Source of the DNA: Candidatus Sulfopaludibacter sp. SbA3
Lineage (GTDB): Bacteria; Acidobacteriota; Terriglobia; 2-12-FULL-54-10
Direction of reading: 5' to 3'
Length of the DNA stretch: 40,980 nt
Assembly: GCA_945865705.1 (NCBI GenBank)
Contig: CAMBEY010000002.1
Location: forward strand, 1-40,980
The stretch's first letter is position 1, and each line of letters starts with the position of its first letter. This document shows, one piece after another, positions 8,450 through 18,625 of the stretch. The notes below the pieces were generated by a model that searched no databases, was not told where the DNA came from, and saw only the letters and a list, made by a program, of their open reading frames with translations. Both the position numbers and the translations under genes were made by a program.

Positions 8450-11400
8450 ATGAATTTCAGCAAGCAAGGCATCAACAACTCAAATCGGTTGAGCAGATAT
8501 CTGTCGCTGGGTTTGGCGATAACGCTCGCGGCACTCGTCCTCCCAGCGGCGCTTTGGGCGCAAAGCACCACGGGCACCATCCTGGGCACGGTGAAGGATC
8601 AGACCGGAGCGGTGCTGCCCGGCGTCAGCATCAACATCCGCAATGTCGAGACGGGCATCACGCGCGCGTCCGTTACCGGTGCCCGCGGCGAGTACCGCGT
8701 CCCGGCGCTGAACGTGGGCAGCTATGAAGTTCAAGCCGAGTTGGCCGGCTTCCAACGCGCGGTGCGCCAGGGCATCACGCTTACCGTGGGCCGCGAAGCC
8801 GTGGTGGACCTGACCATGAACGTCGGCGATGTATCCGAGCAAGTAACGGTAACCGGCGAAGCGCCACTGATCGAGACAACCTCGGCCTCTGTCGGCGGGG
8901 TGGTCGATTCGCAGCAGATTCGCGACATCCCGCTGAACGCGCGCAGCTTCATTGAATTAGTCCCGCTGCAGGCCGGCGCGGTGCTGAGCGAAACCGGCGG
9001 CACCGGTTCCATCTTCGGTTTCGGCAAGAAACTCTCTATTGCGGGGACGCGCTACACGTCGAACAGCTTTCTGCTCGACGGCGCGGATATCAATGACGCC
9101 TCGGGAACTTCCGGCAGCGTAGCTGGCACCATGGCCGGCATCGAGACGGTGCGCGAATTCAAGGTCATCACTAACGCCTACGACGCCGAGTACGGTCGCC
9201 ACACCGGCGGCGTAATCAGCGCGGTAACCAAGTCGGGCACAAACGAATATCACGGATCGCTGTTCGAGTTTTTGCGCAACGACAATCTTGACGCTCCGCG
9301 CTGGGAGGACAACAAAAACATCAACGGCAGGCCGGAGTTCCGTCGCAATCAGTTCGGCGGCTCGCTCGGCGGACCCCTCGTATCGGATCGGACGTTCTTC
9401 TTCACCAGCTATGAAGGTCTTCGCGAAGACAAGGGCATCACGGAAACCTATACGGTTCCCAGCCTGGCCATGCGGGCGCGCGCCGCGAACCCCGCCATCC
9501 GGCCTTATCTCGACGCCTGGCCGGTTCCCACCGATGCCGCCCTGGCCACCAACGCCGATCAGGCGTTGCGCATTGTAGGCATTCCGCGTCCCACCACGCA
9601 GGATTTTGTAACAGGCCGCGTGGATCATCGCTTCTCCGATGCCGACTCGCTTTTCGTGCGCTTCAATCATGACAGGTCAGACCGCGAAGATTTCCGCATG
9701 ACCACGTCGCAGCTCTCGAACAGCAAGAACTATTTCACGACCATCGAAGAGACGCATATCTTCTCTCCAGCCATGCTTGGCCGCACGCATCTTTCGGTGA
9801 ATCGCACGGATTTTGGCGCTGCCGACGATAAGATCGCCGGGTTCAATTATCCCAAGTTCAGTTTCTCGGACGTGGAGGATGTTCCCGGCAACATCGGCAT
9901 CACCGGCGGATTCACCACGTGGGGCGGCTCGAACACTAATCCTCGTTATAACAAGCAGACCACCTGGCAGATGAAGGAGGACTTGTCATTGACCGCGGGC
10001 CGCAATTCATTCCGGTTTGGCGCGCAATGGGAGACGATCCTTTACAACATGCGCTCCGATTTCCATAGCGCGGGGACATTCACTTTTGCCAACGCCAATG
10101 ATTTCCTAAGCAACACCGTGTCCAACGTTACCTTCACGCGGCCCGGTTCCCAGTCGCACCGCAGTTGGAAACAGAATCTTGCCGGATTGTATCTGCAGGA
10201 CGATTTTCAACTTCGTCAGGGCCTCACCTTCAACATGGGTGTGCGCTATGAATTTATCACCGTGCCTGTGGAGCGCTACGGACGTTCGGCCACCATCCGC
10301 GACATCACGCCGGCGAATCTGGCTGTGGTAACTCCCGCGCAAACGAACCCCGGCCCGATGTTTGAAAATCCTTCGTTGAAAAACATCGCTCCTCGTGTGG
10401 GTTTTGCGTGGGATGTGTTTGGCGGCGGCAAGACTTCCGTACGCGGGGGCGTGGGTGTGTTCCACGATCAACTGCTGGCCATGTACTGGCTGGTGCCCGG
10501 CAACCGCGTGTTTCCGTACTACGCCGTTTCGGAGGCTTTCTCGGGTCCGGGTCAGGCGGTGATCGACTTTCCCAACATGTTCTTTTCGCAAAAGGGGTTA
10601 TTGCTCGGACAGGGCGAGCGCGCCGGTCCGCAGGTGGACGGCATTGAATATTACAGCGCGCAGCCAGCCGTGTATAAGTGGAACTTCGATATCAATCAGC
10701 AGTTGGCGAAGGACACCACCATCAACATCGGCTACACCGGGACGCGGTCCACTCATTTGATGCGCGGCAATCTACAGTTGAACACCACTCCCGCCGAAGT
10801 GCGCAACGGACGCACCTACATACTCACCGAGCCTACTCCCGGCAGCGGCGTGCAGCGCTTTCAGTTGGCCAACAATCCGTTCTTCAACCGCTTCCGATGG
10901 CGCATCTATGACGGCACGTCGGACTACCACGGCCTGCGCATGTCGCTCAACAAGCGCTTCAGTGATTCGTTCCAGTTCACCACTTCTTACACCTGGGCGC
11001 GCTCCATCGATGACGGCTCGGCGTTCCTCGGCTCCGGCGATTACACCAATGACCGTCAGCCGTATCGCACTGGGAAGGAAGTGGCCTTGTCAGCCTTTGA
11101 CATTCGCCACAGTCTGAACGGCAACGTGGTATGGGATCTGCCGGGCAGCAGTCTCTCCGGAGCAGCCGGAGCGATTCTTGGCGGTTGGAGCGTCTCCAGC
11201 ATCGTGCGCATGAATACGGGAAGCCCCAACAGCATCATTGCCGACCGGCCGCGAATCGGCACCGCGCAGATGGTTTTTGTGGACGGCCCGAGTGTCGAGG
11301 CCATCGTCGGCGGGAATCTCAACGCGGCCACGGGAAACCCGGATACTTATGTGGACCTTTCGCAGTTCCAGTCGCGCGCCGTACGGCCCGTTACCGACCC

Positions 11401-11692
11401 GGAGCGTTATGTGCTGGGCAGCGTCGGGCCCAATACGCTGATTGGGCCGGGCATCGTCAACCTCGACGTCAGCTTTTCCAAGACGACAGCTCTCTCCAGG
11501 CTGAGCGAAACATCGAGTTTGGAGTTGCGCGTGGAACTGTTTAATCTCGGTAACCATCCGAATTTCTCAGACCCCGACACAAATCTATTTGACCAAAACG
11601 GAGCGGTGCGTGGAACGGCGGGCAAGATTACCGCCACGCGCGAGTCCACGCAATCGCGCCAGATGCAACTCGGCGTGCGCTTTGCATTTTAA
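8450..11692 (+). CDS. TonB-dependent receptor with N-terminal carboxypeptidase-regulatory-like domain, paralog 2
   Basis: The frame is open from 8357. AAGGAGGG at 8437-8443 favours ATG 8450 (ATG 8444 is also possible). Signal peptide ends LWA/QST. Same N-domain and plug blocks as paralog 1. Ends ...LGVRFAF. Confidence 0.9.
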   Translation: MNFSKQGINNSNRLSRYLSLGLAITLAALVLPAALWAQSTTGTILGTVKDQTGAVLPGVSINIRNVETGITRASVTGARGEYRVPALNVGSYEVQAELAGFQRAVRQGITLTVGREAVVDLTMNVGDVSEQVTVTGEAPLIETTSASVGGVVDSQQIRDIPLNARSFIELVPLQAGAVLSETGGTGSIFGFGKKLSIAGTRYTSNSFLLDGADINDASGTSGSVAGTMAGIETVREFKVITNAYDAEYGRHTGGVISAVTKSGTNEYHGSLFEFLRNDNLDAPRWEDNKNINGRPEFRRNQFGGSLGGPLVSDRTFFFTSYEGLREDKGITETYTVPSLAMRARAANPAIRPYLDAWPVPTDAALATNADQALRIVGIPRPTTQDFVTGRVDHRFSDADSLFVRFNHDRSDREDFRMTTSQLSNSKNYFTTIEETHIFSPAMLGRTHLSVNRTDFGAADDKIAGFNYPKFSFSDVEDVPGNIGITGGFTTWGGSNTNPRYNKQTTWQMKEDLSLTAGRNSFRFGAQWETILYNMRSDFHSAGTFTFANANDFLSNTVSNVTFTRPGSQSHRSWKQNLAGLYLQDDFQLRQGLTFNMGVRYEFITVPVERYGRSATIRDITPANLAVVTPAQTNPGPMFENPSLKNIAPRVGFAWDVFGGGKTSVRGGVGVFHDQLLAMYWLVPGNRVFPYYAVSEAFSGPGQAVIDFPNMFFSQKGLLLGQGERAGPQVDGIEYYSAQPAVYKWNFDINQQLAKDTTINIGYTGTRSTHLMRGNLQLNTTPAEVRNGRTYILTEPTPGSGVQRFQLANNPFFNRFRWRIYDGTSDYHGLRMSLNKRFSDSFQFTTSYTWARSIDDGSAFLGSGDYTNDRQPYRTGKEVALSAFDIRHSLNGNVVWDLPGSSLSGAAGAILGGWSVSSIVRMNTGSPNSIIADRPRIGTAQMVFVDGPSVEAIVGGNLNAATGNPDTYVDLSQFQSRAVRPVTDPERYVLGSVGPNTLIGPGIVNLDVSFSKTTALSRLSETSSLELRVELFNLGNHPNFSDPDTNLFDQNGAVRGTAGKITATRESTQSRQMQLGVRFAF

Positions 11693-11703
11693 CGAATCAC
11701 CAT

Positions 11704-11741
11704 GCGGCGCCGGCCTGGCTGAAGCGTCAGGCCCGCGCCGC
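11704..11741 (+). terminator. GC-rich hairpin between TBDR2 and amidohydrolase 2 (weak terminator or attenuator)
   Basis: GCGGCGCCGGCCTG (11704-11717) pairs with CAGGCCCGCGCCGC (11728-11741) at 13 of 14 positions. The downstream U tract is poor (GGAATTTCTT). Confidence 0.4.
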
Positions 11742-11794
11742 CGGAATTTCTTACAAACTGGTTGGCAATCAATTGCGTGAAGGAGAGGAAAGCT

Positions 11795-13729
11795 ATGAAA
11801 CTTCGGACTGGATTATTTGCAGGGCTCATCATGTGGCTCAGCGTGGCCGCTGCCGGCGTCCTGTGGTTTGCGCCGCAGATGCACGCGCAGACGCCGGACA
11901 TGATCCTGCACAACGGCAAGATTCTCACCGTGGATAACAGTTTTTCCACGGTGCAAGCGGTTTCCATTACTGGCAACAAGTTCACCATGACCGGAACAAA
12001 CGAAGCGGTGCTGGCCACCGCCGGTGCCAACACCCAGAAGATTGACCTGAAGGGCCGCACGGTTACGCCGGGACTGGTCGATACCCACCGCCACATGTAT
12101 GCTTACGCGGAAGGCGCTTACGGCGGCTACCACACCTCGGAGCAACTGCGGCGTTTCCCTGTTGACTGGACCGGGGTGCGCACCAAGCAGGATGTGCTCA
12201 ATCAGGTGAGCAACTTGATGGCGCGCTACAAGTTCAAGCCCGGCGAATGGATTTATATGGTCAACGGCGTCTCGTTCATGAGCAACGACGCATCGCCCAT
12301 CGCGCTGGCGCAGATTCTTTATGACGAACTGAACGCAGACGATCTGTCCAAGGTAACGCCCGACAATCCGGTCATCATGTCGCTGGGCATCCCGGACTTC
12401 AATGGCTTCCTGCTGAACCGCAAGGCGCTCGACTGGGTGATGACCAATCACGGCGACTACATCCGTAAGAACGGCCGCTTCTGGATCGGGACTAACGGCC
12501 AGCCCGACGGCCATCTCGAGCCGCCCGCCAGCCGCATCATTCTGCCGCTCACGTATGACCGCGCGGCCGATGTGCTCGGCGAAATCTACAAGCGCGACAT
12601 GGCCGAGGCCTCCAGCATGGGCTTGACGTCCATCTCTTCGCGCATGCCCAAGGATGCGCTGGCCGCCTATCGCAAGCTGGAGGCGGAGGGCAAGCTCACC
12701 TACCGCATCGGCTACGGCGTCATTGAATCCTTCGGCAATGTGGATCTTGATAAGGAAAACCTGAAGTCGCTTGCGGCGCAGGTCGGCAAGGGCACCGAGA
12801 AAATCTGGATGACCGGCGCGGGCCCCACGGCGATTGACGGCGCCAGCTCACGGCAATGCACCAATCAGAAACGCACTGGAACCTTCACGCCGATTGACGG
12901 CTGGTTCCCCACCGGGCAGTGCCACACCGACATCGAATATCGCGGCGCGGCCAAGCGCGCGGCGCCCATCCAGAAGAATTATTTCGGCGATTGGATTATG
13001 GCCAGCGGCCGCGACGGCGTGCGCTTCGCCAATACCCACGTGGCCGGCGACCGCGCCAGCGCCAACATGATCTCGTTCATGGAAAAATTGCAGGCGCAGT
13101 ACGGCAAGGATGCGACCAAGAACTGGGCGCTCGATCACTGCGGCATGGTCGACCCCAAAGACTTCGCGCGCATGGGCAAGGTGGGAGTAACCGTCAGTTG
13201 TTACGTGTTGATGTCAGTGAACGGCGCGACCAATATGGAGCGCGCCTATGGCACGCAGGTCGCCAACACGTTCCCGTCGCCGCTGAACAGTATGTTGAAG
13301 GCCGGAGTGAAAGTCGTGCTCGAGAGCGACTCGAACTCGTTCCTCTGGGAGGACATCCGCGCCGCCGTCAACCGCAAGGACCGCACCGGGAAAGTTTGGG
13401 GCGCGCAAGACAAAGTGGACCGGCCGACGGCGTTGCGCATGATCACGCGTTGGGCCGCCGACTACTTCCTGCGTGGCGACCAGATCGGTTCCATCGAGAA
13501 AGGCAAGTCCGCCGACCTGGTGATCCTCGACAAAGATTACATGACCATTCCCGAAGACGACATCGGCGGCATCCGCCCGCAAGCCACGGTGTTCGACGGC
13601 AAGTTCATCTTCGTCCACCCCAGCTTCTCGACGGAGTACAACCTGAAACCCGCCGGCGCGCTGGTAACTACTTATGAAGACCTGGTGAAGACACGCAAAC
13701 CCCGCTCCGGCGCGTCCACCGGCGGGTAA
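11795..13729 (+). CDS. Secreted metal-dependent amidohydrolase (Amidohydro_3-like), paralog 2
   Basis: AAGGAGAGG at 11780-11788 precedes ATG 11795. Signal peptide ends MHA/QTPD. VDTHRHMY motif. Collinear with paralogs 1 and 3. Confidence 0.88.
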   Translation: MKLRTGLFAGLIMWLSVAAAGVLWFAPQMHAQTPDMILHNGKILTVDNSFSTVQAVSITGNKFTMTGTNEAVLATAGANTQKIDLKGRTVTPGLVDTHRHMYAYAEGAYGGYHTSEQLRRFPVDWTGVRTKQDVLNQVSNLMARYKFKPGEWIYMVNGVSFMSNDASPIALAQILYDELNADDLSKVTPDNPVIMSLGIPDFNGFLLNRKALDWVMTNHGDYIRKNGRFWIGTNGQPDGHLEPPASRIILPLTYDRAADVLGEIYKRDMAEASSMGLTSISSRMPKDALAAYRKLEAEGKLTYRIGYGVIESFGNVDLDKENLKSLAAQVGKGTEKIWMTGAGPTAIDGASSRQCTNQKRTGTFTPIDGWFPTGQCHTDIEYRGAAKRAAPIQKNYFGDWIMASGRDGVRFANTHVAGDRASANMISFMEKLQAQYGKDATKNWALDHCGMVDPKDFARMGKVGVTVSCYVLMSVNGATNMERAYGTQVANTFPSPLNSMLKAGVKVVLESDSNSFLWEDIRAAVNRKDRTGKVWGAQDKVDRPTALRMITRWAADYFLRGDQIGSIEKGKSADLVILDKDYMTIPEDDIGGIRPQATVFDGKFIFVHPSFSTEYNLKPAGALVTTYEDLVKTRKPRSGASTGG

Positions 13730-13743
13730 ACCCAATCGCTGTC

Positions 13744-13781
13744 ATCCCTCGCCCGAAAGGGCGAGGGATCTGCTTTTCGTT
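13744..13781 (+). terminator. Intrinsic terminator after amidohydrolase 2 (first of a tandem pair)
   Basis: Perfect 11-bp stem ATCCCTCGCCC / GGGCGAGGGAT with a GAAA tetraloop, then CTGCTTTTCGTT. Confidence 0.85.
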
Positions 13782-13784
13782 CAT

Positions 13785-13821
13785 GCCCCCGCTCCTCACC
13801 TGGCGCGGGGGTTTTGTCTTT
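13785..13821 (+). terminator. Second tandem terminator
   Basis: CCCCCGC (13786-13792) pairs with GCGGGGG (13805-13811), followed by TTTTGTCTTTG. Confidence 0.6.
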
Positions 13822-13902
13822 GTGGCCATTACCGTAGAAATAACAGTTCATGGCATTGAGCCATTCTCCCGCCCCGCAGTGGCATAATCCGTACGAGGGG
13901 CT

Positions 13903-15426
13903 ATGGCACCAATCATTCCGAACAATAAGTCGAGCACGTTCGCGCGAGTCTTTTTGTTCTTCTTCGGAGCGCCCTTCGTGGTGGGCGGGTCGTTCGCGTT
14001 TTACGCCATGATGCAAAATCTGGAGAAGCCGACGTGGGCGGCGAAAGACGTTTTCATACCCGGCATCATGGGCGTGGCCTTTGTGGGCGTGGGACTTTTG
14101 ATGTGGTGGGCAGGGTTGTTCGGTGCAAAGAAGATCACCGAGCAGGAAAAGCTGCAAGCGAGTGCGCCGGAGCAGCCGTGGATGTGGCGCGATGATTGGG
14201 CGCAGGGCCGCGTGAACAGCCATACGAAGAAGGCGCAGGCGGGCATCTGGTTCTTCGCCATTTTCTGGAATCTGGTCAGTTCGCCGGTGTTGTTTTTCAT
14301 TCCGGAGGAAGCCAGGAGAAACCCAGTTGCCTTGATTGGGTTGCTGTTTCCCATCATCGGCGTGGGCATGCTGGTGTGGGCCGCGCGGACCACCATGCGC
14401 GCGCGGCGCTTCGGGGCGACATATCTGGAAATGTCGCCGCTGCCGGCCGTTCCTGGCGGTCGTGTCGGGGGAACCATTCATGCGCGAGTCTCTACTCCGC
14501 CAGCTCAGGGAGTGATGCTGCGGCTGACCTGCCTGGGCCGGACCACCAGCAGCCACGGCAAAGATCGCAGCACCAGCGAGACCATCCTCTGGCGCGAGGA
14601 GCGCAGTCTGACTGCCAATGAAGTGATGCTGGCCGGAGGCGAGGCCTCCATCCCGGTGCGCTTCGCGCTGCCCGCCGACGCGCTGGTGACCACCGTCACG
14701 AGCGAGCAGGAGGACGGCATCTTTTGGTCGCTCACCGCCGATGCCAGCCTCGACGGCATCGACTATCAGGACGATTTCGAGATACCCGTTTTCAAGACTG
14801 GCGCTGCGCCGCCCCCCGATACTTATGATGATCCCCGAGCCGATGTCTATGCCGATTCCGCCCAGGCCGTGCCTGTGTTCGCCTCCGACCGCGCGCCGCA
14901 GGTAGCCGAAGTTTCACTCGCCGATCTGGCGCGCGCCGGAATCACGGTGTCGTCCGCCGTTGACGGCGCGGAGTATCGCTTTGCGGCGGCAAGGAATCAG
15001 TCCTTCGCGCTGGGCGTAACCTTCTTCACCGCCATCTGGACGGGAGCCTTGTGGCTGCAATTTCATTTTGGCTTCCCGTGGATCTTTCGCATGGTGACGG
15101 GCTTGTTTGAGTTGCTGTTGGTGGCTATGGTCAGCGATCTCTGGCTCGGTGTTACCACGCTGACGGTTGGCGGCGGCGCGGTGCGCAGGCTGCACACTGT
15201 GTTGGGGCTGGGCTGGCGCCGCGCAATTCCATACGAGAACATCAGCAAGATCGACCTGCACATCAACATGCAGACCAGCGGCCGGCAAGGTACGCCCTAT
15301 TACGCGCTGCGCGCCACGTTCATCTACGGACGGCACCGCACTCTGGCCAGCGGCATCCGCGACAAGCGCCACGCCGAGTGGCTGGCCGCCGAGCTTTGCC
15401 GCGCCATCGGCCTGCCTATAAAATAG
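13903..15426 (+). CDS. Large multi-pass membrane protein of unknown function
   Basis: 507 aa. GAGGGG lies 4 nt before the ATG. About 4 N-terminal TM helices, a central soluble beta-rich region of roughly 230 aa, a Pro/Asp-rich linker, then a TM hairpin and a small C-terminal PH-like domain. No catalytic motif recognised. Confidence 0.7.
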   Translation: MAPIIPNNKSSTFARVFLFFFGAPFVVGGSFAFYAMMQNLEKPTWAAKDVFIPGIMGVAFVGVGLLMWWAGLFGAKKITEQEKLQASAPEQPWMWRDDWAQGRVNSHTKKAQAGIWFFAIFWNLVSSPVLFFIPEEARRNPVALIGLLFPIIGVGMLVWAARTTMRARRFGATYLEMSPLPAVPGGRVGGTIHARVSTPPAQGVMLRLTCLGRTTSSHGKDRSTSETILWREERSLTANEVMLAGGEASIPVRFALPADALVTTVTSEQEDGIFWSLTADASLDGIDYQDDFEIPVFKTGAAPPPDTYDDPRADVYADSAQAVPVFASDRAPQVAEVSLADLARAGITVSSAVDGAEYRFAAARNQSFALGVTFFTAIWTGALWLQFHFGFPWIFRMVTGLFELLLVAMVSDLWLGVTTLTVGGGAVRRLHTVLGLGWRRAIPYENISKIDLHINMQTSGRQGTPYYALRATFIYGRHRTLASGIRDKRHAEWLAAELCRAIGLPIK

Positions 15427-15463
15427 AAGAGTACAATCGTTAATTGCCGTTGACAGCACCAGC

Positions 15464-16384
15464 TTGTTCCCGCAGGAGTTTCCAATTAACGCCGCGAGCC
15501 AATCGATCCTCACCGGCGAGCTTGCCACGCGGAAGCTCGCCGACTATCCGCGCCGCATCATCTGCCTGACGGAGGAGACCACCGAGGCGCTGTATCTGCT
15601 GGGGCAGCAGGAGCGCATCGTGGGCGTGTCGGGCTACACCATGCGGCCGCCCGAGGCGCGCCGCAAGCCGCGCGTCTCGGCGTTCATCAGCGCCAAGTTC
15701 GACAAGATCGTCGAGCTGCGGCCCGATTTAATTCTCACCTTTTCTGATTTGCAGGCGGACATCACACGCGAGTTGGTGAAGCGCGGCCTGAACGTCTTCA
15801 GCTTCAACCAGCGCAGCGTGGCCGAAATTCTGGAGATGATCCTCACGCTGGCGCGCCTCACCGGAGTGCCGGAGCACGGTGAGGCGCTGGTCGAGCGATT
15901 GCAAGACGAGTTGCGCGCCATCGCCGCATCTGCCGCTCGCTTTCCCGTGCGGCCCCGCGTGTTGTTTGAGGAATGGAAAGATCCGCTCATCAGCGGCATC
16001 CGCTGGGTCGAGGAGCTGATCGAGATCGCCGGCGGTGCGCCGGTGTTTCCTGAACTGCGCGGCCAGCAGGCGGCGAAGGACCGCATAGTTCACCCCGACG
16101 CGGTCATCGAGCGCGATCCACAGGTGATCATCGCGTCGTGGTGCGGCGCGAAGGTGAACAAGAAAGCTATTCGCGAGCGACACGGCTGGAGCGCCATCAG
16201 CGCCGTGCGCGCTAGACACGTGTATGAGATCAAGTCCACCTACATACTTCAGCCGGGGCCTGCGGCGCTTACCGAGGGCGTGCGGCAACTGCACAGCATT
16301 TTGGCTCGTGTCAGCGGATGCGCGGTCGCGCCGGAATTGCGCCCCGCCGAGAGGCTGGATCCCGATCTGCCGGGGCCAGCCTGA
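15464..16384 (+). CDS. Periplasmic-binding-protein type 2 (cobalamin/iron-siderophore binding fold) homolog without an obvious signal peptide
   Basis: RRIICLTEETTEALYLLGQQERIVGVSG ... LRPDLILTF ... DPQVIIASWCG is the typical BtuF/FhuD-like class III binding-protein pattern. The start codon is uncertain (TTG at 15464, no in-frame ATG nearby). Confidence 0.7.
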   Translation: MFPQEFPINAASQSILTGELATRKLADYPRRIICLTEETTEALYLLGQQERIVGVSGYTMRPPEARRKPRVSAFISAKFDKIVELRPDLILTFSDLQADITRELVKRGLNVFSFNQRSVAEILEMILTLARLTGVPEHGEALVERLQDELRAIAASAARFPVRPRVLFEEWKDPLISGIRWVEELIEIAGGAPVFPELRGQQAAKDRIVHPDAVIERDPQVIIASWCGAKVNKKAIRERHGWSAISAVRARHVYEIKSTYILQPGPAALTEGVRQLHSILARVSGCAVAPELRPAERLDPDLPGPA

Positions 16385-16466
16385 TGGAGGATGGCACGTT
16401 GCCCGTTCGCGATAAGCGCCAGGCCTCCGGCGCGCCGGATAATAAACTTTCTGGCGAGCGGCTTTA

Positions 16467-16475
16467 TGCTAGAAT
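16467..16475 (+). promoter_or_regulatory. Extended -10 element TGCTAGAAT upstream of amidohydrolase 3
   Basis: TGn+TAGAAT in an intergenic region about 150 nt upstream of ATG 16624. Member of a recurring TGCTAnnAT motif in this window. No good -35. Confidence 0.4.
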
Positions 16476-16623
16476 GCTCCAGATTCCGGTAATTGCCCTA
16501 TCCAGCCCGCTTACATGGTTTCGCCCCGCAGGCCTTTTGCCTGATGGGGGCCGACGGCGTCTGGAAAAGACAGTTTCTGGTTAAGCGATATCACTTGAAC
16601 TGCTTCGAGCAGGAGGAAAATCA

Positions 16624-18540
16624 ATGCGCAAGACTGCAACACTGCTGGCCCTGATGTTGGCGGCCATTGCCGTTCCGGCAATACTCCGCGCGCAGGCGCC
16701 CGATACGATTCTTCACAATGGCAAGGTGCTGACGGTGGACAACGCTTTCACCATCGCGCAGGCCGTTGCCATCACCGGCAACAAGATCAGCTTGACCGGC
16801 ACCAATGAAGCCGTGCTGGCCACCGCTGGAGCCAACACGCAGAAAATCGACCTGAAGGGACGCACCGTGGTCCCTGGATTGGTTGACACCCATCGCCACA
16901 TGTACGGCGCGGCGGAAGGTGCCTACGGCGGCAAGCTGAACGATCACGAACTGCGCCGCTATCCCGTGGACTGGTCCGCGGTGCGCACCAAGGAAGATGT
17001 GCTCAACCAGGTTCGCGGCGTGATGGCCAAGTATCCTTTCAAGAAAGGCGAGTGGATTTACCTGAACAACCGCGTGTCCTTTATGGGCATGGGCAATGAC
17101 CAATCACCGACCTACGCCAAGATTCTCTACGATGAACTGAACGCCGACGAGTTGCACAAGGTAACGCCGGACAATCCGGTGCTGATGTCGCTGGGCATCC
17201 CGGACTTCAACGGCTTCCTGCTGAACCGCGTGGCGCTCGATTGGGTCATGAAGAATCACGGCCAGTTCGTGAAGGAAAATGGCCGCTTCTGGATCGGGAC
17301 GAACGGCCAGCCCGACGGCCACCTCGAGCCGCCGGCCAGCCGCATCGTGCTGCCCTTCACCTATGATCGCAAAGCGGAAATTCTCGCGCCGCTTTATGAG
17401 AAGAACATGAATGAGCACCTGTCGATGGGTATGACCACCATCTCGACGCGCATGCCCAGGGACACGCTGGCCGCTTACCAATTGCTCGAAAAGCAGGGCA
17501 AGCTGAACTGGCGCATTGGTTATGGCGACATCGAGACCTTCGGCAACACCGATGTTTCCAAACCCGGCGCGCTGAAAGCCATGGCCGCGAAGGTCGGCAC
17601 AGGCACGGATAAAATCTGGCTGACCGGCGTTGGCCCCACGGCCATCGACGGCGTTACCAGCCGCGCCTGCACCGATCAGAAGCGCACCGGCACCTACACT
17701 CCAATTGATGGCTGGTTTCCCGTGGGGCAGTGCCATACCGACATCGAGTATCGCGGCTCCCCGAAGCGCTCAGCTCCCATCACCAAGAATTACTATCGCG
17801 ATTGGGTGATGGCCAGCGGACGCGACGGCGTGCGCTTCGGCAACACCCACGTGGCCGGCGACCGCGCCCAGGGCAACATGCTGAACTTCATGGAAGCCAT
17901 TCAGAAACAGTATGGTCCGGAGGCCACCAAGAACTGGGGTCTGGATCACTGCGACATGGTCAACCCCAAGGACTTCGCGCGCATCGGGCGCATGAAGGTC
18001 TTCATGAGTTGTTACGTGCTGCTCTCGGTGAACGAATCGTCGGACATCGAGCGCGCCTATGGCACGCAGATCGCCAACACTATGCCCTCGCCGCTAAACA
18101 GCATGGTGAAGGCCGGCGGCCGCGTGGTGCTGGAGTCGGATAGTGCATCGTACATTTGGGATGACATCCGCGCCGCGGTTACCCGCAAGGACCGCGCTGG
18201 AAAAGTCTGGGCGCCGCAGGAGAAGGTGGACCGTCCCACCGCGCTGCGCATGATCACGCAGTGGGCCGCTGAGTACGTGCTGAAGGGCGATACGCTCGGC
18301 AGCATCGAGAAGGGCAAGACCGCCGACCTGCTGGTGCTCGATCAGGATTACATGACCATGCCGGAAGACGACATCGTCAAAATCCAGCCGATGATCACCA
18401 TCTTCGACGGCAAGCCGGTATTCGTCAACAGCGGCTACGCCAACGAAAACAACTACAAACCCGCAGGCGCAGTCATCTCGACGTACGAAGACCTGAAGAA
18501 AACCCGCGTCCCCCGCGCCGGCGTCTCAACTGGCGGCTAG
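16624..18540 (+). CDS. Secreted metal-dependent amidohydrolase (Amidohydro_3-like), paralog 3
   Basis: AGGAGG at 16611-16616 precedes the ATG. Signal peptide ends LRA/QAPD. VDTHRHMY motif. Collinear with paralogs 1 and 2. Confidence 0.9.
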   Translation: MRKTATLLALMLAAIAVPAILRAQAPDTILHNGKVLTVDNAFTIAQAVAITGNKISLTGTNEAVLATAGANTQKIDLKGRTVVPGLVDTHRHMYGAAEGAYGGKLNDHELRRYPVDWSAVRTKEDVLNQVRGVMAKYPFKKGEWIYLNNRVSFMGMGNDQSPTYAKILYDELNADELHKVTPDNPVLMSLGIPDFNGFLLNRVALDWVMKNHGQFVKENGRFWIGTNGQPDGHLEPPASRIVLPFTYDRKAEILAPLYEKNMNEHLSMGMTTISTRMPRDTLAAYQLLEKQGKLNWRIGYGDIETFGNTDVSKPGALKAMAAKVGTGTDKIWLTGVGPTAIDGVTSRACTDQKRTGTYTPIDGWFPVGQCHTDIEYRGSPKRSAPITKNYYRDWVMASGRDGVRFGNTHVAGDRAQGNMLNFMEAIQKQYGPEATKNWGLDHCDMVNPKDFARIGRMKVFMSCYVLLSVNESSDIERAYGTQIANTMPSPLNSMVKAGGRVVLESDSASYIWDDIRAAVTRKDRAGKVWAPQEKVDRPTALRMITQWAAEYVLKGDTLGSIEKGKTADLLVLDQDYMTMPEDDIVKIQPMITIFDGKPVFVNSGYANENNYKPAGAVISTYEDLKKTRVPRAGVSTGG

Positions 18541-18576
18541 GCGGAAGCTAGTCGTTAACAACAATTACGCAACTTG

Positions 18577-18617
18577 AGTGAGGCGGGCAGCCGATGCCCG
18601 CCTCACTTTTGTTTTTG
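18577..18617 (+). terminator. Strong intrinsic terminator after amidohydrolase 3
   Basis: Perfect 12-bp stem AGTGAGGCGGGC / GCCCGCCTCACT with a 7-nt loop, then TTTTGTTTTT. Confidence 0.85.
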
Positions 18618-18625
18618 GTGATACA

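Noticed and set aside
7831-8727. 298-aa + strand ORF bridging the end of TBDR1, the intergenic terminator/promoter and the start of TBDR2
   Set aside because: It crosses a terminator and a promoter, is out of frame with both receptors, and has an Arg/Ser/Cys-rich nonsense-like composition.
15427-16623. Looked for a cobalamin riboswitch next to the BtuF-like binding-protein gene
   Set aside because: No B12-box-like sequence or the expected multi-stem architecture could be recognised by eye in 15427-15463 or 16385-16623. A covariance-model scan would be needed for certainty.
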